From assembly GCA_043825735.1 (NCBI GenBank), contig JBDRRP010000152.1, forward strand, positions 62,001 through 108,612: 46,612 nt of DNA, given 5' to 3'. This DNA comes from Pseudomonadota bacterium (GTDB lineage: Bacteria > Desulfobacterota > Desulfobacteria > Desulfobacterales > JBDRRP01). The notes beneath the pieces were generated by a model. That model worked only from the letters and a program-made list of their open reading frames with translations. It did no database searches and had not been told where the DNA came from. Made by a program: the position numbers and the translations under genes. Below, in pieces: positions 10,946-19,975 of the stretch. How positions within the stretch are numbered: position 1 is the first letter of the stretch; every line of letters starts with the position of its first letter.

Positions 10946-13685
10946 ACCGCTCCTTATACTGCCTCGTTCAGCCCCACTGCCGAGAGAGACACAACGCAGG
11001 ATAATTAAAAGTAATTATAGACTGCCGGATCGAATGCACCAAGGCAGAAGGATAGGTCCGCAACTTACGTCTATGTTGGGTGCTTTTGTTTCCGAATCGC
11101 CTGCTGGAACAAGCACCGAAAACATTTTGGTTCTTGAAACAATCGGACGCACCGAAAATTTTCACACGGCTGTTGCTGCGATCCCCGGCCTGACATGGCT
11201 CGCGGAGATCGATACCGATGACATTGAAGCTGACACTCAATTTTTTGAGCTTCCTAAAATTGGGGCGCGCTTCTTCAAAGATCGGATTTCCGCTTTTAAC
11301 GCTAAAAACTCTCGCGAAATTGTAGATTCATTTGCAGCTAATGGAATTGTAGATAAATTCGGAATCTTGCTAAAATCCGTCTCCGATGATGCCATTCGAT
11401 CGGCTATTCCACAAGATTACAAGGAATATGCAAAAGAGATCCTACAGGCTATTGATCAAAAAAAGAAGGAGCCTTTGCCGGGCAGGATGTATTTAAGCCT
11501 CAGCAATCGCCAAGCGTTGAGGGAGATAAAGACCCTGTTTGATGCCTGGGAGCGAGAGGGGAGACTCAGGCACGGTGCCGGAGTTTGGAGTGATATTTTT
11601 TCACATCTTCGAACTGTTCGGTTTTGGAATGTCAAGGACAGAGTGACCGATACTGGCATCCTGGAATATTGGCGTGAAGAAGTGGAGTGTAAAAGAGGCA
11701 CGGCTTCAATGGTTGCTTTTGAAATCGAACTTTCATACGATGATAATAATCGGGGGAGGCAGCAACGGCAACAGCATGTTGAAGAACTTGTTAGCCATGA
11801 GGGCGGCTTAATTATTTCTTCGTGCGATATCAAAGAGATAAAATTCCACGCGGTTAAAGTTGAACTGCCTGTCTCGAATATTGAACGGGTGTTGGGTGAG
11901 GATTACAGTGCTCTCTTTCAAGAAGGTGGCATCCTATTTTTCCGCCCTTCTCCTCAATGTTTGGTCGAATCATTCGCGGATGGCACCACAGAAGAATGCC
12001 CTCCCGTACCTGCGCCGGAGGCGCCCCCGGTTGTTGCTGTTTTGGATGGCCTCCCCTTTTCCCGGCATAAGCTCCTCGATGGGTTCCTTATTATCGATGA
12101 CCCTGACGACTTTGCGGCCAACTACAGACCCCGCGAGATGAATCATGGCACGGCCATGCTGTCGCTAATCTGTCATGGTGAGTTGGATGCGGGTGAGGGC
12201 CGGATTACTCGTAAAGTATATGTTAGACCGATCCTGCAACCCGACACAGAATCGCCGCTGGAAAGACGCCCTGAGCGAATACCCAAGGAAGTCTTTTTTG
12301 AAGATCTTGTCGAAAGGGCGGTTCGTAAGATGTTCGACGGAGATGTTGGTGAGCCCCCTTCTGCCCCGACGATTAAAATTATCAATCTTTCCGTAGCCGA
12401 CCCCGACCGAATGTTTCATCATTTTCCAGGACCCACGGCCAGGCTGTTGGACTGGCTTTCATATAAATACAGAGTCTTGTTCTGTGTCAGTGCTGGAAAT
12501 ATAAAGGATCAAATTCAACTGGGTATCGAATCAGCGGAATTTTCCTCGCTTACGGATGATGAGAAAATTTCTGTCGTCCTCTCATCGTTATATAGCAACC
12601 GGAGAAATCGAAGGATTTTGACCCCGTCAGAATCAATAAACTCGATAACAGTCGGCGCACTTCATGATGACGAATCAACTCCGGTGATTCTCGATGGCTG
12701 TGTTGACATTCTTCCATCCTCAAGGCTCCCATCACCACTTTCGCCTTTTGGGCATGGATTTCGATCTTCTATTAAGCCGGATATATTACTTCCCGGCGGC
12801 CGTCAACTTTTCACGCATTTTGGTGGCGGTGAGTACGGGATTCCTTCAATAGCACAACGATCAGGTCAAAAGGTCGCTGGTGTACCTGTTATGCCTGGCG
12901 ATAGGACTCGGACACTCTATACCTGCGGTACCAGCAATGCGAATGCGCTTGCCGTGCGAGGAGCTTCTTTCATTTACGATGCTGTGATAGCGGTCCTTGA
13001 GGATCATGGGCAGGAAAATGCTGAGGACTCTATTGCCGCGCTCATTAAAGCATTGATTGTGCACGGAGCGTCATGGGGGGCAGGAGCTGAGATCATCGAG
13101 GCCGCCCTTCTTGTCGGTTTCCACTGGACTGAGGCAAAGAAGGGCATTGCCCGATGCCTTGGTTACGGGCGCCCTAATTTCGCCAAAGCAATTGAATGTG
13201 CCCCCACCAGGGCTACTGCTTTTGGCTATGGAGTTATCTCCAAGGATCAACGGCATGAATACAGGTTGCCACTTCCGCCGAGCCTGAGCGGTCTTGATTG
13301 CTGGCGGAAATTGACCATCACCTTGGCTTGGCTGTCACCCATCAGTGTGGATAACCGTAAATATAGAAAGGCCTCACTGGCATTCGAGGCCACCGAACCG
13401 GCAGCGGCAATCGGAGGAAAAAGGGCAGAGGCCCAGCACCAGCAGGTTAGGAACGGGACTTTGCAACACGAGATTATCGAAGGTGAGGAAGTTCGTGCGT
13501 TTCAAAAAGGTGAAAACCTTATGATCCCAGTTCAGTGCCGCGAGGACGCCGGGCCATTGGATGTGGATGTGCCATATGGTTTGGCCATTTCACTGGAGGT
13601 TAAGGAGGAAGTGGGGATTCCTCTTTATGCGGAAATTCAGAGCTTGATTGATATTTCAATACGAGAATCTGTTCGTGCTGTATAA
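10935..13685 (+). CDS. ietS: S8 (subtilisin-like) serine peptidase, IetS-like
   Basis: Triad motifs VAVLDG, HGTAM and GTSNA, plus IINLS, VSAGN, IKPD and LGYG. ATG at 10935 is preferred over TTG at 10896. Confidence 0.85.
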   Translation: MPDKPLLILPRSAPLPRETQRRIIKSNYRLPDRMHQGRRIGPQLTSMLGAFVSESPAGTSTENILVLETIGRTENFHTAVAAIPGLTWLAEIDTDDIEADTQFFELPKIGARFFKDRISAFNAKNSREIVDSFAANGIVDKFGILLKSVSDDAIRSAIPQDYKEYAKEILQAIDQKKKEPLPGRMYLSLSNRQALREIKTLFDAWEREGRLRHGAGVWSDIFSHLRTVRFWNVKDRVTDTGILEYWREEVECKRGTASMVAFEIELSYDDNNRGRQQRQQHVEELVSHEGGLIISSCDIKEIKFHAVKVELPVSNIERVLGEDYSALFQEGGILFFRPSPQCLVESFADGTTEECPPVPAPEAPPVVAVLDGLPFSRHKLLDGFLIIDDPDDFAANYRPREMNHGTAMLSLICHGELDAGEGRITRKVYVRPILQPDTESPLERRPERIPKEVFFEDLVERAVRKMFDGDVGEPPSAPTIKIINLSVADPDRMFHHFPGPTARLLDWLSYKYRVLFCVSAGNIKDQIQLGIESAEFSSLTDDEKISVVLSSLYSNRRNRRILTPSESINSITVGALHDDESTPVILDGCVDILPSSRLPSPLSPFGHGFRSSIKPDILLPGGRQLFTHFGGGEYGIPSIAQRSGQKVAGVPVMPGDRTRTLYTCGTSNANALAVRGASFIYDAVIAVLEDHGQENAEDSIAALIKALIVHGASWGAGAEIIEAALLVGFHWTEAKKGIARCLGYGRPNFAKAIECAPTRATAFGYGVISKDQRHEYRLPLPPSLSGLDCWRKLTITLAWLSPISVDNRKYRKASLAFEATEPAAAIGGKRAEAQHQQVRNGTLQHEIIEGEEVRAFQKGENLMIPVQCREDAGPLDVDVPYGLAISLEVKEEVGIPLYAEIQSLIDISIRESVRAV

Positions 13686-13846
13686 GAAGTGTATTTATAT
13701 AGCCGATACAATGGGAATGGAGATCCGGTGTCATCACATCTTGCGATGTTAATTAGACGGGTAACAATCAGGTTTATTCGCTATGCAAGATGAGACGCAG
13801 GAAATTTTAGTTATGTAAGTTAGTCAAGAATGCCCCAACGTTCCTT

Positions 13847-14599
13847 ATGAAATCAATTTTAGAGATTAAAAACATATATAAATCCTTTGGGGATAGAGTA
13901 ATACTATCGGGTGTAGATTTTCACTTGGAACAGGGTTGTATCTATACGCTGATGGGTGCAAATGGTTCCGGCAAAACAACTTTGTTCAATATTATTTCGG
14001 GTTTTCTTAAAGCTGAAGATGGAACAGTAATATTCAAAAATAAAACGCTTACTAATTTGTCGCCCGTTGCTGTTAATTCATGCGGTATTACAAGAACTTT
14101 TCAAAATTTAAGGTTAATAAATGGACTAACGGTAAGGGAGAATATTCACCTTGCCTTCAAAGGAAACAAGGGAGAAAAAATATGGAACGCTCTATTGCCA
14201 GGAGCTTTCTTTAAAGAACACCAAATAGGTTTTAAGCGAAGTGCTGATGATATTATTAATAAGGTCTTTTTAGATGATGTGGCAGATAACAAGGCTGGGA
14301 AAATATCGTACGGGCAACAAAAACTGCTTACTTTGGGATGTTGCATAGCCAATGATGCTGAGTTGTTTCTTTTAGATGAACCTGTTGCTGGGATTAATCC
14401 TCTCTACAAGAAAAAGATAGTCACTTTAGTAAAAGGTTTTAAAGCCGCCGGGAAAACTATTTTATTAATAGAGCATAATGCAGATTTTATAGCTGCGGTT
14501 AGCGACAAATTGTTTTTTTTGGCCAATGGAATAATAGATACGTTTGAAGATTACCAACAGCTAAAAGACAATTTGAAGGTGCAAGAAGCATATCTATGA
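13847..14599 (+). CDS. livG: ABC transporter ATP-binding protein, LivG-like
   Basis: GANGSGKT, TRTFQNLRL, ISYGQQKLL, LLDEPVAG and IEH. Confidence 0.85.
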   Translation: MKSILEIKNIYKSFGDRVILSGVDFHLEQGCIYTLMGANGSGKTTLFNIISGFLKAEDGTVIFKNKTLTNLSPVAVNSCGITRTFQNLRLINGLTVRENIHLAFKGNKGEKIWNALLPGAFFKEHQIGFKRSADDIINKVFLDDVADNKAGKISYGQQKLLTLGCCIANDAELFLLDEPVAGINPLYKKKIVTLVKGFKAAGKTILLIEHNADFIAAVSDKLFFLANGIIDTFEDYQQLKDNLKVQEAYL

Positions 14600-15294
14600 T
14601 TTTGTTAAAATTAGAACACATAGATGCAGGGTATGGAAAAAAGCAGGTACTATTCGATATTTCTTTTAATTTACTTAAAGGTGAAACTGCTATCTTAATA
14701 GGCGCCAACGGCAGTGGAAAAAGCACTTTGATTAAAACCGTATACGGATTGATAGAACCATGGAATAGCAAGGGCAAAATATGGTTTAGAGATGGAGAAA
14801 TAAACAAAAGCAAAACCTCACATTTGATTAAAAAAGGAATAATATATATACCTCAGCTAAATGAACTGTTTGATGATCTCACCGTAAACGAAAACCTGGA
14901 GCTTAGCTGTATTCACAATGTTCCCCAAAAAGGATTAAAAAAGCGGATAGATGAGGTTTTAGAGCAAATCCCGACTTTGAAATCACTTTTAAAGCAAGAA
15001 TGCTATCGACTAAGTGGTGGTGAACGTAAGCAACTGAGTTTTGGGATGGCATTGACAAATAGACCTGAGTTAATCATGTTTGATGAGCCATTATCAGGGA
15101 CAAGTCCGAAAAATACTGAAGACATCATTCAACTACTAATTGGTTTAAAGAAAAAGGGTATCACACTTTTGGTTGTGGAACACAGGGTTAAAAAAGTCTT
15201 TGAATTAGCGGATAGGATTATTGGCTTAAAGTTTGGTAGACTATTTAATAAAACAATTGAAAGTTTAAACGATATCTCGGAGGTTATGTTGTGA
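14596..15294 (+). CDS. livF: ABC transporter ATP-binding protein, LivF-like
   Basis: AGYGKKQVL, GANGSGKST, LSGGERKQL and MFDEP. ATGA overlap with the upstream gene. Confidence 0.85.
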   Translation: MILLKLEHIDAGYGKKQVLFDISFNLLKGETAILIGANGSGKSTLIKTVYGLIEPWNSKGKIWFRDGEINKSKTSHLIKKGIIYIPQLNELFDDLTVNENLELSCIHNVPQKGLKKRIDEVLEQIPTLKSLLKQECYRLSGGERKQLSFGMALTNRPELIMFDEPLSGTSPKNTEDIIQLLIGLKKKGITLLVVEHRVKKVFELADRIIGLKFGRLFNKTIESLNDISEVML

Positions 15295-16451
15295 AAAAAA
15301 CATACATTATAATAATATCGATATTAATTATAATAGCCGGTTTTGGTTTATATCTTTGGCGCGAGCTTCAGGAAAACCATAGCATTGATAATAACGTGAT
15401 TAAAATTGGTGTCATTTTACCGTTGACCGGTCCGGTAGCTGAACCTGGAATAAATGCTTTAAGAGGTGTTGAATTGTCTGTGGCAAAATTTAATGCTGAG
15501 CATAAACATCAAATCCAACTAATTTTGGAAGATTCAAAATCAAATTCTAAGGATGCTATTTCCGCAATCAACAAACTGATCACAGTAGATAAAGTCAAAA
15601 TAGTTATTGGGGACATTATGAGTTCCGTAGTTTTGGCGATTGCTCCCATAGCAGAAAGAAATAGAGTTTTATTAATTTCCCCTGGGGCATCAAGTCCGGA
15701 TGTAAGAAATGCAGGCGACTATATTTTTAGAATTTATTCTTCCGATGATTACGATGGCCAGGTGATGGCAAAATATATCTTGGAGAAATTGCACAAAACC
15801 AAAGCAGCTATTATTATTATAAATAATGATTATGGAATAGGTGTTAAAAATATTTTTATAAAAAGTTTTACTGCATTGAAGGGCCAAGTTGTATTAAGTG
15901 AGTTCTACACACAGGGCCAAACCGATTTTCGAAATATTATTGTAAAAATCAAAAATTCTAACCCTGAAGTACTTTACATTGTAGGGAATCCGACGGAGAA
16001 CGGTAATTTAGTTAAACAACTAAAAGAACTCAATGTAAATATCCCTCTAACCGGCAACATATCTTTTGAACATGAAGGTTTTTTGAAAGTAGCTAAAAAT
16101 TCTTTTGATTCAGTTATATTTAGTGCACCATTTTTTAATATCGATTCGGATAAAACGTTAGTCAAATCGTTTGTTTCGAAATACAGTGAAAAATATGGAA
16201 GTAAACCAGATATTGCCGCTGCACTTGGCTTCGATACTGCTCAAATTATTTCAACCACAATTGATGAGACTGATTTCAATGTCGACGATTTAAAAGAAAA
16301 GCTATACAAAGTTAAGAATTTTGATGGTATCACAGGTAACATGAGTTTTGATTCTAATGGTGATGTTCAAAAAGATATCTTCATCAAACGCATTAAAGGC
16401 GATGGCAAAATTGATATTATTGAGTTGTTTTCTATCAAAAGTAATTATTGA
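15291..16451 (+). CDS. Type I periplasmic substrate-binding protein (LivK/LivJ-like) with N-terminal membrane anchor
   Basis: Hydrophobic N-terminus, IKIGVILPLTG, ISPGASSP, GDYIFR, NDYG, GQTDFR and FDGITGNMSFDSNGD. Confidence 0.88.
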   Translation: MKKTYIIIISILIIIAGFGLYLWRELQENHSIDNNVIKIGVILPLTGPVAEPGINALRGVELSVAKFNAEHKHQIQLILEDSKSNSKDAISAINKLITVDKVKIVIGDIMSSVVLAIAPIAERNRVLLISPGASSPDVRNAGDYIFRIYSSDDYDGQVMAKYILEKLHKTKAAIIIINNDYGIGVKNIFIKSFTALKGQVVLSEFYTQGQTDFRNIIVKIKNSNPEVLYIVGNPTENGNLVKQLKELNVNIPLTGNISFEHEGFLKVAKNSFDSVIFSAPFFNIDSDKTLVKSFVSKYSEKYGSKPDIAAALGFDTAQIISTTIDETDFNVDDLKEKLYKVKNFDGITGNMSFDSNGDVQKDIFIKRIKGDGKIDIIELFSIKSNY

Positions 16452-16474
16452 TTCTTTTGTTTGGAGGTAATTCT

Positions 16475-17704
16475 GTGAAAACATTAAAGTTTAGTGGACC
16501 ATATTTATTCGACAGCTTGATCAACCGTAACGAATATTCAAACGACATCCAAGGGTGTATTAAGCGAACATTTCTCAATAATAATCTCAATGTAATCAAT
16601 CATAAATATTTTTATTATTCATTTAGCAGTACTATCAATTATTTAAAAGCAATTCGTTTCGATGATTATACACCTGAATATAACGATGAGTTTAAAACAG
16701 AAGTTCATTGTTTCCTAGAATGGTGTCGCTCTGGGATAGATAACAATTTTGAATTTGGGAAACCTATTGCCTATTTTAGTTTGGGATGTGGTGATGGTGA
16801 AAAGGATAAAGAAATAATTGACGGCCTCCAATCCAAATTCCAAAGTAAGATAGACTATTTCCCAATTGATTTTAGTTATTTCTTATTGAATATGACGGTG
16901 GGAAAAATACAAAAACTTAATGATATGGGTGGAATTTTTCCATATAATATCGATTTTAATTGCATGGGCTCTTTAATGAACGGAGTAAATCCTTCGGATA
17001 AAACTACAATTTTTTCTCTCCTCGGCAATACTATAGGCAATTATAAAGAAGAATTATTGCTATCACAAATCTCAGCTATTATGAAATCTGGAGACTATCT
17101 ATTAATTGGGCATAGAATAATATCAGATGAAACTGTGACATCTGTTAGCAATGAAGGAAACTCAGCTTTCTTGCTGCAGCCATTGAAGTATTTTATAAAA
17201 GGCAATTTAAATAAAAAGAAAATATCAACTGAATTCGTTAATAATAAATCGCTATCAAATATAGAAAACAGCAAGTCTGCAATTGTTTATTATATACAAA
17301 ACCAAAATGATATAATCAGACTTACGTACTCAACTAGATATGAAAAAAACTCTTTTGTGATCTATTTAAATGGTGATAACAAGTTTAATTTGAAATTTAT
17401 TGATCAGTTTTACAATGAAGATACTAATCCTTCATATTCATTAGTTTTATATGAAAAGGCTGAAGATATTCAATCATTATTTAAATCAATTTTACAGAAA
17501 TTGGAAAAATGGTTGACTATTAATTTATCTTCGGATGAGAAGGTGCGACTTAAAAACATTCAGAATAACATGAATAAAAATCCTATAACTGAAGTTACCT
17601 TTCTAACAAATATCAATGACTGTCAGAATCCATTTCAATTTATTAAATTATTTAGCTACAATCATAATTATAAAAGTTATTTAAAGGAATTGTTGATAAA
17701 ATGA
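16475..17704 (+). CDS. EgtD/histidine-specific-like SAM-dependent methyltransferase with C-terminal extension
   Basis: GTG at 16475 after GGAGG. HKYFY, SLGCGDGEKD, YFPIDFS, LLGNTIGNY and MKSGDYLLIG match the EgtD-family motif order. Extremely AT-rich. Confidence 0.7.
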   Translation: MKTLKFSGPYLFDSLINRNEYSNDIQGCIKRTFLNNNLNVINHKYFYYSFSSTINYLKAIRFDDYTPEYNDEFKTEVHCFLEWCRSGIDNNFEFGKPIAYFSLGCGDGEKDKEIIDGLQSKFQSKIDYFPIDFSYFLLNMTVGKIQKLNDMGGIFPYNIDFNCMGSLMNGVNPSDKTTIFSLLGNTIGNYKEELLLSQISAIMKSGDYLLIGHRIISDETVTSVSNEGNSAFLLQPLKYFIKGNLNKKKISTEFVNNKSLSNIENSKSAIVYYIQNQNDIIRLTYSTRYEKNSFVIYLNGDNKFNLKFIDQFYNEDTNPSYSLVLYEKAEDIQSLFKSILQKLEKWLTINLSSDEKVRLKNIQNNMNKNPITEVTFLTNINDCQNPFQFIKLFSYNHNYKSYLKELLIK

Positions 17705-18087
17705 TCAAGAGAGAATTTGTTATAAAAATTTTTACTATTTTAGGGAAAAATTCATTATTTAGATTATATGACATATTTACAATACTATTATTTTCTCTTT
17801 ATACAAACATATTGGCTCAAGAAAAAATTAACAATAATCTGCCAATTGATTTGATTTTATTATCTAAGTATACCACAAGCTTATTATCGATTATTTTCTT
17901 CTATTTAATATACCACAAATATAAAGAGAATTTTGAGAGTGCATGTAGATTAATTAACGATACGCCACAAGCTCCTTCTGAACTTTATAAAGATGCGCTT
18001 GATAATGATATGAATAAATATGTTATATATTACATATGTTTCATATTTTTTACTGTAGCGTTTGTCATTTTAAAGTTGAAATTTTAA
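17701..18087 (+). CDS. Small membrane protein (about 3 hydrophobic segments), unknown function
   Basis: ATGA overlap with the methyltransferase. Hydrophobic stretches are IFTILLFSLY, LLSIIFFYLIY and YVIYYICFIFFTVAFVIL. Confidence 0.7.
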   Translation: MIKREFVIKIFTILGKNSLFRLYDIFTILLFSLYTNILAQEKINNNLPIDLILLSKYTTSLLSIIFFYLIYHKYKENFESACRLINDTPQAPSELYKDALDNDMNKYVIYYICFIFFTVAFVILKLKF

Positions 18088-18092
18088 CTATT

Positions 18093-18965
18093 ATGCAAAT
18101 CTTCATCAATGTCTTTATAACTACTTCCACTATTCTACTTATTTCTTTTTCGTTTTCAATTATTTATTCCAGCATAAAATTCTTTCATATTGCCCATGCC
18201 ATTACGATTACTATTGGTGCTTATTTAAACTTTCTCTTCTATATTCAAATGGGTTTGCACATATGGTTTTCGATACCCCTTGCTGTTACAGGGGCATCAT
18301 TTATAGCAGTTATTTTTGAATTATTAATTTTTAAAAAATTGCGCAAACGAAATGCATCTTCATGGAAAATTTTGATCGCTTCTCTTGGTATCTACGTTGT
18401 AATGCAAAATCTTATTTCTTTAATATGGGGTGATGAGACCAAAAGCATCCGGACTTGGTCTGTAAAAACAGGGCATAATATTTTAGGTGCTTATATTACG
18501 GATGCACAAATCGCTTCAATTGTAATCAGCATCATACTATTGATTGGTGGTATAATGTTTTTACATCTCACATCACTGGGAAAACAAATCAAAGCCGTTT
18601 CATCCAATCCGGAATTGAGCAATATATTTGGCATTTCATCGAATAAAATTATCCTTTCCAGTTTTATTATAGGATCGGCCTTGGCTTCAATTGGGGGGAT
18701 CCTAATTACTTTGGATACGGATATGAACCCCTCCATGGGTTTTCGGATTCTCCTTTATGCGGCAGTGGTCATGATCATTGGCGGAGTAGGCAGTTATAAA
18801 GGGCTTATAGGCGGAGCCTTATTACTTTCAACAGCACAGCATCTCTCTGCTTATTACATTGATGGAAGGTGGATGGAAGCCACGTCTTATGTTATTTTAG
18901 TTCTTTTTTTAGTCTGGAAACCACTGGGTTTCAGTGGTAAGCGCTCTAAAAAATTAGAGATATGA
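18093..18965 (+). CDS. livH: Branched-chain amino acid-type ABC permease, LivH-like
   Basis: FFHIAHA, LIASLG, LGKQIKAVSSNPELSNIFGI and IIGGVGS. ATG at 18093 preferred. Confidence 0.85.
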   Translation: MQIFINVFITTSTILLISFSFSIIYSSIKFFHIAHAITITIGAYLNFLFYIQMGLHIWFSIPLAVTGASFIAVIFELLIFKKLRKRNASSWKILIASLGIYVVMQNLISLIWGDETKSIRTWSVKTGHNILGAYITDAQIASIVISIILLIGGIMFLHLTSLGKQIKAVSSNPELSNIFGISSNKIILSSFIIGSALASIGGILITLDTDMNPSMGFRILLYAAVVMIIGGVGSYKGLIGGALLLSTAQHLSAYYIDGRWMEATSYVILVLFLVWKPLGFSGKRSKKLEI

Positions 18966-18966
18966 A

Positions 18967-19821
18967 ATGGAATACCTCCTGCATCTACTAATATTCATAT
19001 CACTTTACACCATCCTGTCACAAAGCTTAAGTCTGACGGCCGGATATTCCGGATTGATGTCCATCGCCCATGCCGCATTTTATGGCATCGGCGCTTATAC
19101 GACTGCAATCTTAACTGTAAACTATGGCTTACCATTTTTGTTTACCCTGCCTTTAGCCATTATTGTTTCCGGTTTAACCGCCTTAATCATTTCCATAATT
19201 TCAATCAGGACAGTAGATGACTATTTTATTGTTATCACCCTTGGCATCCAGGTTGTTGTGTTTTCCATTATGAACAACTGGCAGGCATTTACGAGAGGCC
19301 CTCTTGGAATACCGGGTATTCCTCCAATAACTATTTTAGGATTTCCAATTGATAATCATCTCTCTTTTTTTGTATTTAGTTTGTTTTTTGTGGTCCTGAT
19401 TTGGTTCATATTAAACAATATAGTCTGTTCGCCATTTGGGAAAATTTTAATAGCATTGAGTGAAGATGAGATATTTACAAAAAGCCTTGGCAAAAATGTA
19501 TACAAGGCAAAAGTTATTTCATTTGTCATCAGTGCTATGTTCGCCTCAGTAGCCGGCGTTTTATATGCGCATTACATCAGTTATATTGACCCGACAAGCT
19601 TCACTATCGATGAATCTATTTTCATCCTGAGTATTGTTATCATTGGAGGTATGCGCGATTTAAAAAGAATCGCAATTATAGCCGCTTTGTTAGTACTTCT
19701 TCCTGAAGCATTACGTTTCGTTGGTATACCAAATAGTATAGCCGCTAATTTGCGCCAAATTTTTTACGGCACGGGGTTGATTGTGTTTATGTTTCGAAAT
19801 AATGACCAATTGCGCACTTAG
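18967..19821 (+). CDS. livM: Branched-chain amino acid-type ABC permease, LivM-like
   Basis: GYSGLMSIAHAAFYGIGAY, DYFIVITLG, TRGPLGIPGIP, SPFG, YIDPTSF and LPEALRF. Confidence 0.88.
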   Translation: MEYLLHLLIFISLYTILSQSLSLTAGYSGLMSIAHAAFYGIGAYTTAILTVNYGLPFLFTLPLAIIVSGLTALIISIISIRTVDDYFIVITLGIQVVVFSIMNNWQAFTRGPLGIPGIPPITILGFPIDNHLSFFVFSLFFVVLIWFILNNIVCSPFGKILIALSEDEIFTKSLGKNVYKAKVISFVISAMFASVAGVLYAHYISYIDPTSFTIDESIFILSIVIIGGMRDLKRIAIIAALLVLLPEALRFVGIPNSIAANLRQIFYGTGLIVFMFRNNDQLRT

Positions 19822-19975
19822 TTGTAATTGGAAAATAGAAAAAAGGCCGATAACTTTTATTCTTAGTATTTTTAATTGTTCTATCTGACAATTAGAATAA
19901 GCCAAACTAAAAAATTATGGGCATCCTTTCATTCCAATCTCAAGTACGACCTCACCCTCAACGGGAACCAGTTCA

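Noticed and set aside
13725..13846. Possible integron attC remnants (GGGTAAC...GTTAGTC, GCCCAAC) and a short catcttgc/gcaagatg inverted repeat; also CGATAAC near 19850
   Set aside because: There are no complementary inner boxes, no full hairpin and no integrase in the window.
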